Position numbers and translations under genes: made by a program | In this document: positions 1 through 8,695 of the stretch, in pieces | How the letters are laid out: each line of letters starts with the position of its first letter | Position numbering within the stretch: the stretch's first letter is position 1 | DNA from: Methanoregula sp. | GTDB taxonomy: Archaea; Halobacteriota; Methanomicrobia; Methanomicrobiales; Methanospirillaceae | Direction of reading: 5' to 3' | Assembly (NCBI GenBank): GCA_039698055.1 | Contig: JBDKTL010000030.1 | Span: forward strand, 32,001-96,000 | DNA: 64,000 nucleotides | The notes under the pieces: model-generated | The model's input: only the letters and a program-made list of their open reading frames with translations | The model's database searches: none | What the model was told of the DNA's origin: nothing

Positions 1-2
1 GG

Positions 3-752
3 TTCGGCGATTCGGTACTGATAGTTACCACGCGGTCACCGCAGAAGACAGAAGATCTCGATTTCTCGATTGGCATGTCAATTATGGCAGAAGGTCACCG
101 CTGGTTCCGGCACGTCGCTTTTGTTGACGGCCACAATTGCATGACCGATCTCACCTCCCCGGTGCTCCAGGCAACGCTCACCGCTACCGAGTACCAGCGG
201 GCGGCAATGCAGGCAATGGAAGCCTGCCTCACCGCAGAACTCCTCCCGTTCAGGATCGGATCGGCACACCGGCAGTTCCCGTTCACCCGCGAAGACGGAT
301 TTGGCGATCTGGGTGTACAGGCACTGGTTGTCGAAGTTGGGGGCCAGCGCACCGCGTACGTATTAATCGACGGCAACAATATCGCTGCGGGCGTCCGGGA
401 GATACTTATCGAGAAGATCCTGACGATTGTTGACGCCGCAGAAGTGATGACAACCGATTCTCATGTTGTCAATACCATCACCGGGAAAAATCCGGTCGGC
501 ATGGCAACACCGGTCGACGCCTTTCTTCCCCTTGTCATGCAGGCCGTTTCAGAGGCCGTCGATGATCTTGCCCCGGCAGAATCCGGTGCAACAACAGCAT
601 TCTGTGAAGGAATCGTCGTTTTTGGCTCAAACAGGATCTCCCAGCTGGCAAGTACCGTCAACGCGATGCTGGTCTTTGTCGCGCCCCTGTCGCTTGCGAT
701 GCTCCTGCTTGCATTCCTGCTCTCCCTTATCGCCTACACGGTACTAGCCTGA
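3..752 (+). CDS. DUF2070-family membrane protein, C-terminal part (5' end outside window)
   Basis: Frame is open from position 3. Motifs FVDGHNC, LIDGNN and MTTDSHVVN plus a C-terminal TM helix are typical of archaeal DUF2070. Confidence 0.75.
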   Translation, partial: FGDSVLIVTTRSPQKTEDLDFSIGMSIMAEGHRWFRHVAFVDGHNCMTDLTSPVLQATLTATEYQRAAMQAMEACLTAELLPFRIGSAHRQFPFTREDGFGDLGVQALVVEVGGQRTAYVLIDGNNIAAGVREILIEKILTIVDAAEVMTTDSHVVNTITGKNPVGMATPVDAFLPLVMQAVSEAVDDLAPAESGATTAFCEGIVVFGSNRISQLASTVNAMLVFVAPLSLAMLLLAFLLSLIAYTVLA

Positions 753-946
753 AAATATGACGGGAGGGTCTGCCGGATTTTCATGATTAATCATTCTTTT
801 TTCGTTCCGGGCAAGAATTACCGAAAGATATATTCGTAAGCATAAGAATATCCAGAATCAGGGACAGGAGGATCGTTTCTTTACACTGGTGATTACAGGT
901 CAACGGTAGTTTGTACAGGGAAGTGAACTATTCAAGACAGGAGCAG

Positions 947-1702
947 GTGATTGAATTTTATTCAGTTGCATACAGCGTCACCCGCTGGATCGGTATTGAT
1001 CTCAACACAACGGGCCATGTGGCAGTCGTCGCCGACCCGGACAGCGGGAAAGTTCTGAAACTGGGAAAAACCACACACTATGTCCGTAGTCATTCATCAA
1101 AAAACTGCACAAAACTCTGGAAAGAGGGAAAACTCTGGAAACTGAAAAAAATTAAAAGCCGCGAACAGAAATCATTCAAAGCGGCACTCAACAAGATTTC
1201 CTGGCAGATTGTATCCTTTGCCGAGTCTCTCGGTTCAGGAATCAAATTCGAAAAGCTCTTTTCCGATACTTATTCGCACCGCAACAAAAAAAGCGGGTTG
1301 TTTGAATTCTCATTTGAGAATGGATCGTTTTTTACGCTCCAGCGCCTGGTCGAGCGGCGTGCACACGACCGGGGAATTCCCGTGCTCTACGTGAACCCGG
1401 CATGTACTTCAAAATGGTGCAGCCGGTGTGGCGCGTATGGCAGGCGATCGCGGAAGCATTTCGAATGCCCCCACTGCGGGTACGTAGCCCATGCCGATGT
1501 CAATGCGGCGTTCAATATTGCCACCCGGTCTACCCGTTATGCCGATAGTGCACCACGACCAATTGAAGTGCCGCAATGTATCCGCATATCGAAAAAACAG
1601 ATGATTGGTCTTGCGCAGATACAAGAGAGCTCGCACGCGGTGCTGCTGACACGTATGACAACACCGTCACCCCATGAAAACCTGCTTGCGGTGCTGGAAT
1701 AA
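947..1702 (+). CDS. tnpB: Truncated TnpB/Cas12f-like protein (RuvC + zinc ribbon only)
   Basis: RuvC-I GIDLN, RuvC-II IKFEKL, CSRC...CPHC zinc ribbon, RuvC-III HADVNAAFNIA. GTG at 947 follows GGAG. No N-terminal WED/REC region. Confidence 0.8.
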   Translation: MIEFYSVAYSVTRWIGIDLNTTGHVAVVADPDSGKVLKLGKTTHYVRSHSSKNCTKLWKEGKLWKLKKIKSREQKSFKAALNKISWQIVSFAESLGSGIKFEKLFSDTYSHRNKKSGLFEFSFENGSFFTLQRLVERRAHDRGIPVLYVNPACTSKWCSRCGAYGRRSRKHFECPHCGYVAHADVNAAFNIATRSTRYADSAPRPIEVPQCIRISKKQMIGLAQIQESSHAVLLTRMTTPSPHENLLAVLE

Positions 1703-1745
1703 TTTTTTTTTCACATTTCCCGGTCTTAAAATAAGGATGTATTGG

Positions 1746-2567
1746 TTATTGCACGATTCCCGATGCATGTTCGTCAAAGGGGTTCGTGCGCATCGCCAGT
1801 GAAAACAGGTACGGGTAATGCTTTTTTAAGTGCTGCATGTAGATCAGCCATTCCACAACCAGCAGATCGTTGACCCGGTTGATGTCCCCGGAAAGGTGAT
1901 CGTAATCTGAAGAGGGGAGGCTGGTGAGACGATCCCGTGCATCCAGTTCCTCGGCCAGATGAAAAACCGCCCGGAGAAGGGGGGTAAACCGGTCGTTTTC
2001 ACTGATACGGGGGTTTCCAAACAGCGAGATCATGAATTCCCGTCTTTTTGAAAGGAACTCATGGACTTTGTCCAACGGAATATTGCGGCTGTCAAGGTGA
2101 CTCTCGTAGTGGCGGAGGGTTTCCAGCGCAGATGAAAAATCTTCAGGTGACCAGTTGTTGGACACTTTGAGTGCAGACCGGATTTTTTCTCCACCGGGAT
2201 CGTGGGCATTGAACTGTTTGAGAAGACTTGTGCCTACTTCGGAAAAGAAGACGCCCACGATCATGTTCAGGTTGTGCATCCGCATCGTGTGTTCCCGCTT
2301 CTCTATCATGTACTCTATCGTGCTTCCGGCAACGCCGACAAAGCAGCTCACGCCGACAAGGATCATCCCGATCACGAGGAGCTTTCCAAAGGGTGTAACC
2401 GGGTGAATATCGCCAAATCCCACCGTTGCAATCGTGACAATCGTAAAGTACAGGGAATCAAGAGGTGACAGCTGCTCAAGAACAGTCATACCGATAACAC
2501 CGGTAATTACGACAATGAATAAAAGGAGAATGTAAATACGCAACCGAAGGTGGATGGACTGGTTCAC
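1746..2567 (-). CDS. Two-TM potassium channel domain protein
   Basis: SLYFTIVTIATVGFGDIHP pore/filter motif between two TM helices. Confidence 0.85.
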   Translation of the reverse strand: MNQSIHLRLRIYILLLFIVVITGVIGMTVLEQLSPLDSLYFTIVTIATVGFGDIHPVTPFGKLLVIGMILVGVSCFVGVAGSTIEYMIEKREHTMRMHNLNMIVGVFFSEVGTSLLKQFNAHDPGGEKIRSALKVSNNWSPEDFSSALETLRHYESHLDSRNIPLDKVHEFLSKRREFMISLFGNPRISENDRFTPLLRAVFHLAEELDARDRLTSLPSSDYDHLSGDINRVNDLLVVEWLIYMQHLKKHYPYLFSLAMRTNPFDEHASGIVQ

Positions 2568-2751
2568 ATATTCGTCTTTAAGCGTTTACCTATAAAAGAA
2601 GTATCATCAGGAAAAAATACCCCCGACCAGATTCCTGACAATTAGTTAGAATCTTTTGGCAATCCGGCCCCATCGCGCGCTTTTTAGAGTCTCCCGGACC
2701 GTCCCTTCCCTACCCCTCCCCACCAAACCGAGGGGAGGGGCGCGCATGGTT

Positions 2752-2922
2752 GACATGAGATCGGTCTCATGTTCACTCATCCTCGCTGATGCTCCGGCTC
2801 GCTTCACATCACCTCGCTGTTTTCCGGAGTGTCCTGTTGGTAGGATGACGCCCCTGGCTTGTCGCGATGCTCCCACCAACAACTGCCCTCTGGCCCTCTC
2901 CACGTTTTGTTCGGACATTGAT
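2752..2922 (-). repeat. Dispersed structured repeat, fragment B (inverted homologue of ~9088-9273)
   Basis: Reverse complement contains GCGACAAGCCAGGGGCGTCATCCTACCAACAG and AACAGCGAGGTGATGTGAAGCGAGCCGGAGCATCAGCGAGGA, as in the 9.2-kb copy. Confidence 0.9.
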
Positions 2923-3136
2923 ATTATTCACAACGAAACCACATCTCTGACCGGACAATCGAAAGACGTTCTGTCAAATCTCTTCACTCTCACCGCGTCG
3001 ATCAATCCCGATCACATAATCATGCCGGATGCGGACCGGGGTGCCGAAAAATCAGAAAACGGGCACACAGAAATACAATCTGGAAATGCCATTCTCCCTC
3101 TCAATAAAAATTGAGGTAAAAGATAATTGATTTAAA

Positions 3137-3883
3137 TTGAATGAGATTCATTGTAACAATATGGCCAACGAGGGGACTATTGCTTATAAATTATGCGGGA
3201 ATATTTATCTAAATATTACAAATCGATGTAATACTGAATGCATATTTTGTAAAAAACGCAATTCACTCATCCCCGATGCATTTTGTCCTCAAACGGAAGA
3301 TGAAACGTGCGATTCACTTCCAAAAATTCCATCGAATTTTATGTCAATTGATGACGTGGTGTATGGATATAACATCAAAACAAATGATCCAATTTACGGA
3401 CGTGATCTACGACTTAAAGAAGAACCAAAATTAAAGACAGTTATCAACGAACTAGCTGAAATTGATTTTTCAAAATTTGATGAAGTAGTATTTACAGGAT
3501 TAGGTGAACCGATTATACGGTTTGATGATGTATTAGCAATTACAAAAGAATTGACTAACCATGGAGCTTCTGTGAGACTTGATACAATTGGATATGCGAA
3601 TCTTCTTTATCCAAAAAGAGATGTCGCAAAAGAACTTGCAGATAGTGGGATGAAAAAAATTTCCATCAGTTTGAATGCTCATGATGAAGTTACATTCAAT
3701 CGAATATGCCAACCAAAAATAAAAAATGGATACTCCTCAAGGTTTGAATTCGCGAAAGATGTGACCCGAGTTGGTATGGGCCTTAGATTTACAATAATTG
3801 ATCTACCATGTGTCGATATCAATAAATGCCGTCAATTATCTTGGAAATATCAAGCATCTTTCAAAGTGCGACCATTTTTCTAA
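3137..3883 (+). CDS. TatD-family-associated radical SAM protein, paralogue 1 (start may be ATG 3160-ish, MANEG)
   Basis: YLNITNRCNTECIFC (CxxxCxxC), VVFTGLGEP, ISISLNAHDE; AT-rich. Confidence 0.85.
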   Translation: MNEIHCNNMANEGTIAYKLCGNIYLNITNRCNTECIFCKKRNSLIPDAFCPQTEDETCDSLPKIPSNFMSIDDVVYGYNIKTNDPIYGRDLRLKEEPKLKTVINELAEIDFSKFDEVVFTGLGEPIIRFDDVLAITKELTNHGASVRLDTIGYANLLYPKRDVAKELADSGMKKISISLNAHDEVTFNRICQPKIKNGYSSRFEFAKDVTRVGMGLRFTIIDLPCVDINKCRQLSWKYQASFKVRPFF

Positions 3884-3991
3884 AAAAGAAGGTGTCAATT
3901 TTAAAATATGCTTCATTTCATTGCCGATTGGCGGTTTCCATTCAATTTTTCTACTTGAAGAAGAAGAAGAATATTAGCGACTGATACGCTT

Positions 3992-4786
3992 ATGACGAAA
4001 GCTGTAGTGTACGAATCAAATAATAATTTATATATAAACATTGCAAAAACCTGCACTTCAGATTGCATTTTTTGTACCAAAGAATATTTTAATCCACATT
4101 TTTTTGAGACAAAAAATGAAAATCTTAAAAAATCTCAAAATTTGCCAGAAAAAACAACCGAGCAAATAATTTCAGATCTTGAAGGGTTGGTCCTTACACA
4201 ATATAATAAAAATCTTTTTGTCGGAGATGGGGAAGAGCGGGTGAGATGTCTTGACGAAGTAAAATTTGGTATAGTTAGGCCCTCAAAGCAGATCTTATAC
4301 GGATATGATCTATATCTTGAAAAAGAACCAAGTTTTGAGAGAGTGAAAAATGATTTCAAAAAATATGTGAAAAATGATTACTATGAAGCTGTTTTTACCG
4401 GGATGGGTGAACCATTAACCCGTCTAGATTTAGTGATAAAAATTACAAAATGGTTAGATAAACAGAATTTCTTGGTTCGTCTTGATACCAATGGCCATGC
4501 AAAATATTTATTTCCGAAAAGAAATGTCGTTAAAGAACTTCTGGAAAGCGGAATGAAAACCATATCTATCAGTCTAAATGCCCATGATGAGATAACTTAC
4601 AATCAATTATGCAGACCTCATTTCAACCATGCATACTCACAAATGCTAGAATTTGCTCGAGAGGTGTCCCAAAGCGGAATGAATCTTCGATTTACCATTG
4701 TAGATATTCCTATAATAGATAAAGAAAAATGTCGACAAATAGCACTTGATTACAATGCTGATTTTGTAATACGAAAATTTACATAA
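3992..4786 (+). CDS. TatD-family-associated radical SAM protein, paralogue 2
   Basis: YINIAKTCTSDCIFC, AVFTGMGEP, RLDTNGH, ISISLNAHDE. Confidence 0.85.
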   Translation: MTKAVVYESNNNLYINIAKTCTSDCIFCTKEYFNPHFFETKNENLKKSQNLPEKTTEQIISDLEGLVLTQYNKNLFVGDGEERVRCLDEVKFGIVRPSKQILYGYDLYLEKEPSFERVKNDFKKYVKNDYYEAVFTGMGEPLTRLDLVIKITKWLDKQNFLVRLDTNGHAKYLFPKRNVVKELLESGMKTISISLNAHDEITYNQLCRPHFNHAYSQMLEFAREVSQSGMNLRFTIVDIPIIDKEKCRQIALDYNADFVIRKFT

Positions 4787-4788
4787 TC

Positions 4789-5442
4789 TTGGAATATAAA
4801 ATGAAACGTCAAAAAAATATTTTGTCTTATGAATTATGCGGGAACATTTATCTTAATATTACAAATCGGTGCACTGCTAAATGTGTTTTCTGTAGAAGAA
4901 ACAACCCTCCCGATTTAAAAAATCCGCCATATCTAACATCGAATAAACCAGTCTTTGGATTTAACTTGCAACTCTCTAATGAACCCAATGTGGAAGATAT
5001 TTTAATTGAACTTGAAAATTATAATTTATCTAAAAGTAATCAAATTGTTTTTGCCGGTTTAGGAGAACCTCTAATTAGACTAGATATGGTACTAAATCTC
5101 GCTCGCATTTTAACAAATCGCGGTATTTATACTCGACTAACTACTAATGGGCATGCAAAATATTTGTACCCCAAAAGAAATGTTGCCGATGATCTTGCAA
5201 AAAATGGAATCAAAATGATATCAATAAGCCTAAACGCTCATGATGAAACAACGTATAATCAATTATGCAAGCCTATTTTTAACCATGCATACTCACAAAT
5301 GCTAGAATTTGCACGAGAAGTATCTCGATGTGGAATGGATCTTCGATTTACAGTAGTAGATATTCCTCAAGTGAACAAAGAAAAATGTCGACAAATAGCA
5401 TACGATTATGATGCCGATTTTATGATTCGTCCTATCTCATGA
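4789..5442 (+). CDS. TatD-family-associated radical SAM protein, paralogue 3 (start may be ATG 4801)
   Basis: YLNITNRCTAKCVFC, IVFAGLGEP, RLTTNGH, ISISLNAHDE. Confidence 0.85.
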   Translation: MEYKMKRQKNILSYELCGNIYLNITNRCTAKCVFCRRNNPPDLKNPPYLTSNKPVFGFNLQLSNEPNVEDILIELENYNLSKSNQIVFAGLGEPLIRLDMVLNLARILTNRGIYTRLTTNGHAKYLYPKRNVADDLAKNGIKMISISLNAHDETTYNQLCKPIFNHAYSQMLEFAREVSRCGMDLRFTVVDIPQVNKEKCRQIAYDYDADFMIRPIS

Positions 5443-5532
5443 AATTCTTTTTCGTCACTCATTGAATTTTCCAAATGTATCTTTTTTAATTCTTTTCTTT
5501 GCTTATGTTTGAATTGTTGAGGGAGATGGGTT

Positions 5533-5769
5533 GGTCGGCGGAGCAAGTGCAAGCACGGCGGAGCCGTGCGACGCGGTCGGCGATCTGCATGGGACGAATT
5601 CCGGTTGAACCGCAGACGCTCAGTCATGTTCACTCGTCCTCGTTCTGCTCGCTGGCGCTCACTCGGGCCACTGCGGCCACGACCCACCACCCGCTTTGCT
5701 CCTCCCGCCCTTCTTAAGGGCGGGCAGTGAGGCGCGATAACTACGGGGGAGGTTTCCGGGCGGGAGGAT
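5533..5769 (-). repeat. Dispersed structured repeat, fragment D1 (inverted, internally deleted homologue of ~8872-8992 + ~9240-9357)
   Basis: Reverse complement reads ACTGCCCGCCCTT..GGGCGGGAGGAGC..AGCGGG.GGTGGGT.GTGGCC..CCCGAG.GAGCGCC, then CGAGGACGAGTGAACATGAC.GAGCGTCT. Confidence 0.85.
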
Positions 5770-5785
5770 ACAGAATCGGGGTATC

Positions 5786-6172
5786 TTACAATTGCGAAAC
5801 CACAATGAGTAGAATAATCGTTCCGATAAACGATACAAGACAAATTTTTGTCATGCGATTTGATTCTTCTGATTCAAGAATACTATACCTCATACACTTC
5901 ATAAACGAAATTGAGAAAAAGTTCCCAACATATCCTAACAGGACTCCAATAAACAGAGAGAGGGTGTCAATATCAGTGTATACTACGGCCAACAATATCG
6001 GTACGACCGCTGGGAGTCCTACAAGAATAAGTATAACTTTATCGAAAGTTGTGTTCTCCCTTCCCCTTTTTTGATAATCAAATAACTCAGAGACAAAGGT
6101 TCCCCCAATAATCCCAAATATCACGCCGTATGTAATTGGAATAAATAGCTCAGGATGGCTCAATAGACTCAC
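5786..6172 (-). CDS. Small AT-rich membrane protein (about 4 TM), hypothetical
   Basis: 128-aa ORF with four hydrophobic segments and AT-rich composition. Confidence 0.65.
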   Translation of the reverse strand: MSLLSHPELFIPITYGVIFGIIGGTFVSELFDYQKRGRENTTFDKVILILVGLPAVVPILLAVVYTDIDTLSLFIGVLLGYVGNFFSISFMKCMRYSILESEESNRMTKICLVSFIGTIILLIVVSQL

Positions 6173-6256
6173 GCTCGTACTATGTTGTTCGAGAAGTTGT
6201 CACTATTATTAATTTTCATACATCACGACAAAATTTTTTTTATTTTGAATTATGGG

Positions 6257-6447
6257 GGGTGGGAGGATGCGAGCCGGAACACGGCGACCATCGCCGTGTC
6301 GCGTGAGCATCGGGCGGGCCAGGTAAGATCAGGGCAGCCCAAGAGGACAGGCACACGGGCGTATGACCGGGGGCGGGAGAAGGCGAGCCGGTTACGGGGC
6401 CGCATAGCGGGCCCGTCGCGTGAGCCTTCGGGGGGGGCCCAACCGTT
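6257..6447 (-). repeat. Dispersed structured repeat, fragment D2 (inverted homologue of ~8696-8882)
   Basis: The + strand GGG(T/C)GGGAGGA-[hairpin]-TCGGG.GGG..CA and CGGTTACGGG...GTCGCG...CCA.CCGTT match the reverse complement of 8696-8882. Confidence 0.7.
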
Positions 6448-6668
6448 GCCAAGAAAGATAATGCCGGGCGTCGATAGTGTACCAACCCGGCAGGGCTCTT
6501 TGATTGGCGTCATGGTGTCCCTGTCGGGCCACCTTTTTATCTGAACCGAATCTGGATCCGTTTCTTCATCCGATGCAACCCCCACCACAGGCTTTTTGCA
6601 ATTCCAAAAATGGTTGAACGTTTTTTCCGGTACTCCCGGAGTTGCCGAGGGCTAAGCATAGGGGCCCC

Positions 6669-7034
6669 TCAGTACTCCGAGGGAACCATCAGAACACCGT
6701 CGATAAGATACATCTTCCAGGTCCCGACCGGGAAATCGGTGTACTCGTATTTCTGCTCGTAGATCACCGGCATGTCGCAGTCTTCGCGGCAGGTCAGGAT
6801 CGCGGTGTTCTCCTCGGTGACGGTCAGGGTCCAGAGCTGAAAAGGTATTCCCCTGACATTTTGGTGAATGTGAAAGACTGCGCCGATATCGGAGATCAGC
6901 CACTGCACCTCCGCACGTTCGGCCAGGTGCTCGATCCCGTCCGTGTGGATCAGGCCGGTGAACGGGTCGCGGATGTACCGGGTCGTCCCGGTAAAATGAG
7001 AAAGGGAGGATTTGAGATCCTCGGCTGCGATCAT
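6669..7034 (-). CDS. DUF6876-like hypothetical protein
   Basis: FTGT..Y, TDGI..LA, WLI, FQLW.L, Q...YTDFP, VLMVPSEY. ATGA overlap with the upstream gene. Confidence 0.75.
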   Translation of the reverse strand: MIAAEDLKSSLSHFTGTTRYIRDPFTGLIHTDGIEHLAERAEVQWLISDIGAVFHIHQNVRGIPFQLWTLTVTEENTAILTCREDCDMPVIYEQKYEYTDFPVGTWKMYLIDGVLMVPSEY

Positions 7035-7315
7035 GACGACCGCCCCCGGGCCTCTGCGGAAGCCCTGCACGGCAGCGGCTCGCAGATCCATGCGTGCATC
7101 TCAAGACGTTGCCGTTCTGCGATCAGATTTTCGAGGCCCTCCCGCTCCGCCCGGAGTTTCCACGAGTTAACAATCTCATCATGTCTCATGCGGAGATCCT
7201 GCGCATCGGCCTGCAGCATGAATGCCCGTCGCTCTATGTCGGGGATCGCGATCTGGATGCGTTCGAGTTCTTCGAGGACCTTGATTGGCATGGCGTCAAA
7301 AATGGTTTGGGTCAT
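7031..7315 (-). CDS. Hypothetical coiled-coil protein
   Basis: 94 aa, translationally coupled (ATGA overlaps) at both ends. Confidence 0.65.
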   Translation of the reverse strand: MTQTIFDAMPIKVLEELERIQIAIPDIERRAFMLQADAQDLRMRHDEIVNSWKLRAEREGLENLIAERQRLEMHAWICEPLPCRASAEARGRSS

Positions 7316-8223
7316 GCTGTCACCCCTTCCGCCGGTTCTGTCCCGGTCGAACCGACAGGGACCGGGGCAAAAGCCCCAATCATAAAGTCCGCTGCTTTCT
7401 CCGCTCTGCCCGCCGCGTACATCACGAGATCCGCATCGGCCTTGATCGCCGTTGCCCAGTTCTGGAGGTATGCGGCCTGATTCTGGATAACCGCCGATGA
7501 GTCGATGCCGGTGAGCGCGGCCAGGTATGCACCCCCTATCTCGGCGACCAGTTCCTCGCGCCCGTACGTGTCAGACCCGAAGCAAACCGGATCAGCTCTC
7601 TTGAACCGGTCGAGCCGTGGCCCGGTGGAGTGGATGCACTCGTGAAACATCGTCGCATAATAGTGCTCGGATGTTTTGAATCGGCAGATATCCGGGATGG
7701 TGATACAATCCATCTGCGGCAAGTAGGCGGCCCGGTCACCGGATGCAATTTTTATTGAGTGCCGGCCTGTATAGTCCTGAATGACCGCATCGCATCCGAG
7801 AAGGTGCGGGTTTTCTTTCAGGTCCGGCAGTTTGTACCCCTTTTCCTGATAGTCTGTTTGTGCGACGTTGAAGACAACGAAGGCTTTCAAAAACCGGATT
7901 TGTTTTTTGTTTTCTGTCTCCTCGCCGTTCTCATCGATTTTTGTATCGGTCTTTACGGTCCGGCCTGCATAGATAATCCCGTGGCCGTGCTCGCTCTTCT
8001 GGACCTGCAACCCTGCGGCGAGATACTGGCGATAGGTTGCCCAAAAAGGAAGAGGATAGGGACTGAGTCCGAGAATCAACCGGTTAATCCCGGTGTATGC
8101 CCTGCCGCTGAAAAGGTTGCGCGGGCCGTTCTCCGTCCACGGTTTCAGCCAGGGGATCTTTCCTTCCGTGAGCGCCTTTATGATCCGCTCGTTGATCTGT
8201 GCCTTCACATCAGCGGCTTTCAT
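7312..8223 (-). CDS. ardC: ArdC-like antirestriction / ssDNA-binding protein with zincin-like domain
   Basis: PWLKPW, P.N..SGR.YTGIN, WATYRQ, VFNVAQT, AAY.P..DCI..P, FHECIH (HExxH), YGREELVAEIG. Confidence 0.9.
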   Translation of the reverse strand: MKAADVKAQINERIIKALTEGKIPWLKPWTENGPRNLFSGRAYTGINRLILGLSPYPLPFWATYRQYLAAGLQVQKSEHGHGIIYAGRTVKTDTKIDENGEETENKKQIRFLKAFVVFNVAQTDYQEKGYKLPDLKENPHLLGCDAVIQDYTGRHSIKIASGDRAAYLPQMDCITIPDICRFKTSEHYYATMFHECIHSTGPRLDRFKRADPVCFGSDTYGREELVAEIGGAYLAALTGIDSSAVIQNQAAYLQNWATAIKADADLVMYAAGRAEKAADFMIGAFAPVPVGSTGTEPAEGVTA

Positions 8224-8573
8224 GCGGACACCCCGACGGGCTGCATGCTCGAAACGTTCGCATATTTCCGCTCGCCCTTGATCATTCCTTTGACCTGTGC
8301 GAGCGGGGAGACATACCGCACATTGTTGATCGAGATCATCACGGCTTTACCGGACCGGGTGATCCATGCCTTCCCGACCGGGGCCGCGTCCGCGTTTTTC
8401 ATAACGTCGGATATATCATAGATTGGCGCGGGCCAGTGGTCTTGGAGCTTGCGGATCTCGCCGGCAGGGATAACTGCCTGCATGGTCTTTACATCGATAC
8501 GGACCGAGCCGTTGTAGAGGCGCGCGGCCCCTATGTGCTCAAAGGTCACATCGGTTTTTGTTGTTGGCGTCAT
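8220..8573 (-). CDS. Hypothetical protein, first gene of the ardC operon; homologue of 41344-41712
   Basis: MTPTTK start after GGTGA; ATGA overlap with ardC; shares SG(K/R)AV.IS...VRY..P with 41344-41712. Confidence 0.7.
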   Translation of the reverse strand: MTPTTKTDVTFEHIGAARLYNGSVRIDVKTMQAVIPAGEIRKLQDHWPAPIYDISDVMKNADAAPVGKAWITRSGKAVMISINNVRYVSPLAQVKGMIKGERKYANVSSMQPVGVSA

Positions 8574-8695
8574 GGTGTTTTTCACCATACATACATCGAC
8601 GTGAGAGCATATAAGCCTCCGCCGTGCGCGGGGTGAAAGTAAAGGCGGTGCGTTTTCCGATTTGCGAAATAAGTCTTTTGCGTAGAATTTTTGTT

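Noticed and set aside
3058-3075. ACGGGCACACAGAAAT resembling ACGGGGACACAGAAAT near 33180
   Set aside because: Short, with no extension on either side; cannot be distinguished from chance.
2646-3114. ORFs 2646-2918 (-) and 2656-3114 (+)
   Set aside because: They overlap repeat fragment B; reading frames are not preserved between repeat copies.
6182-6588. Several overlapping GC-rich ORFs
   Set aside because: They coincide with hairpin-rich repeat fragment D2 and have no protein motifs.
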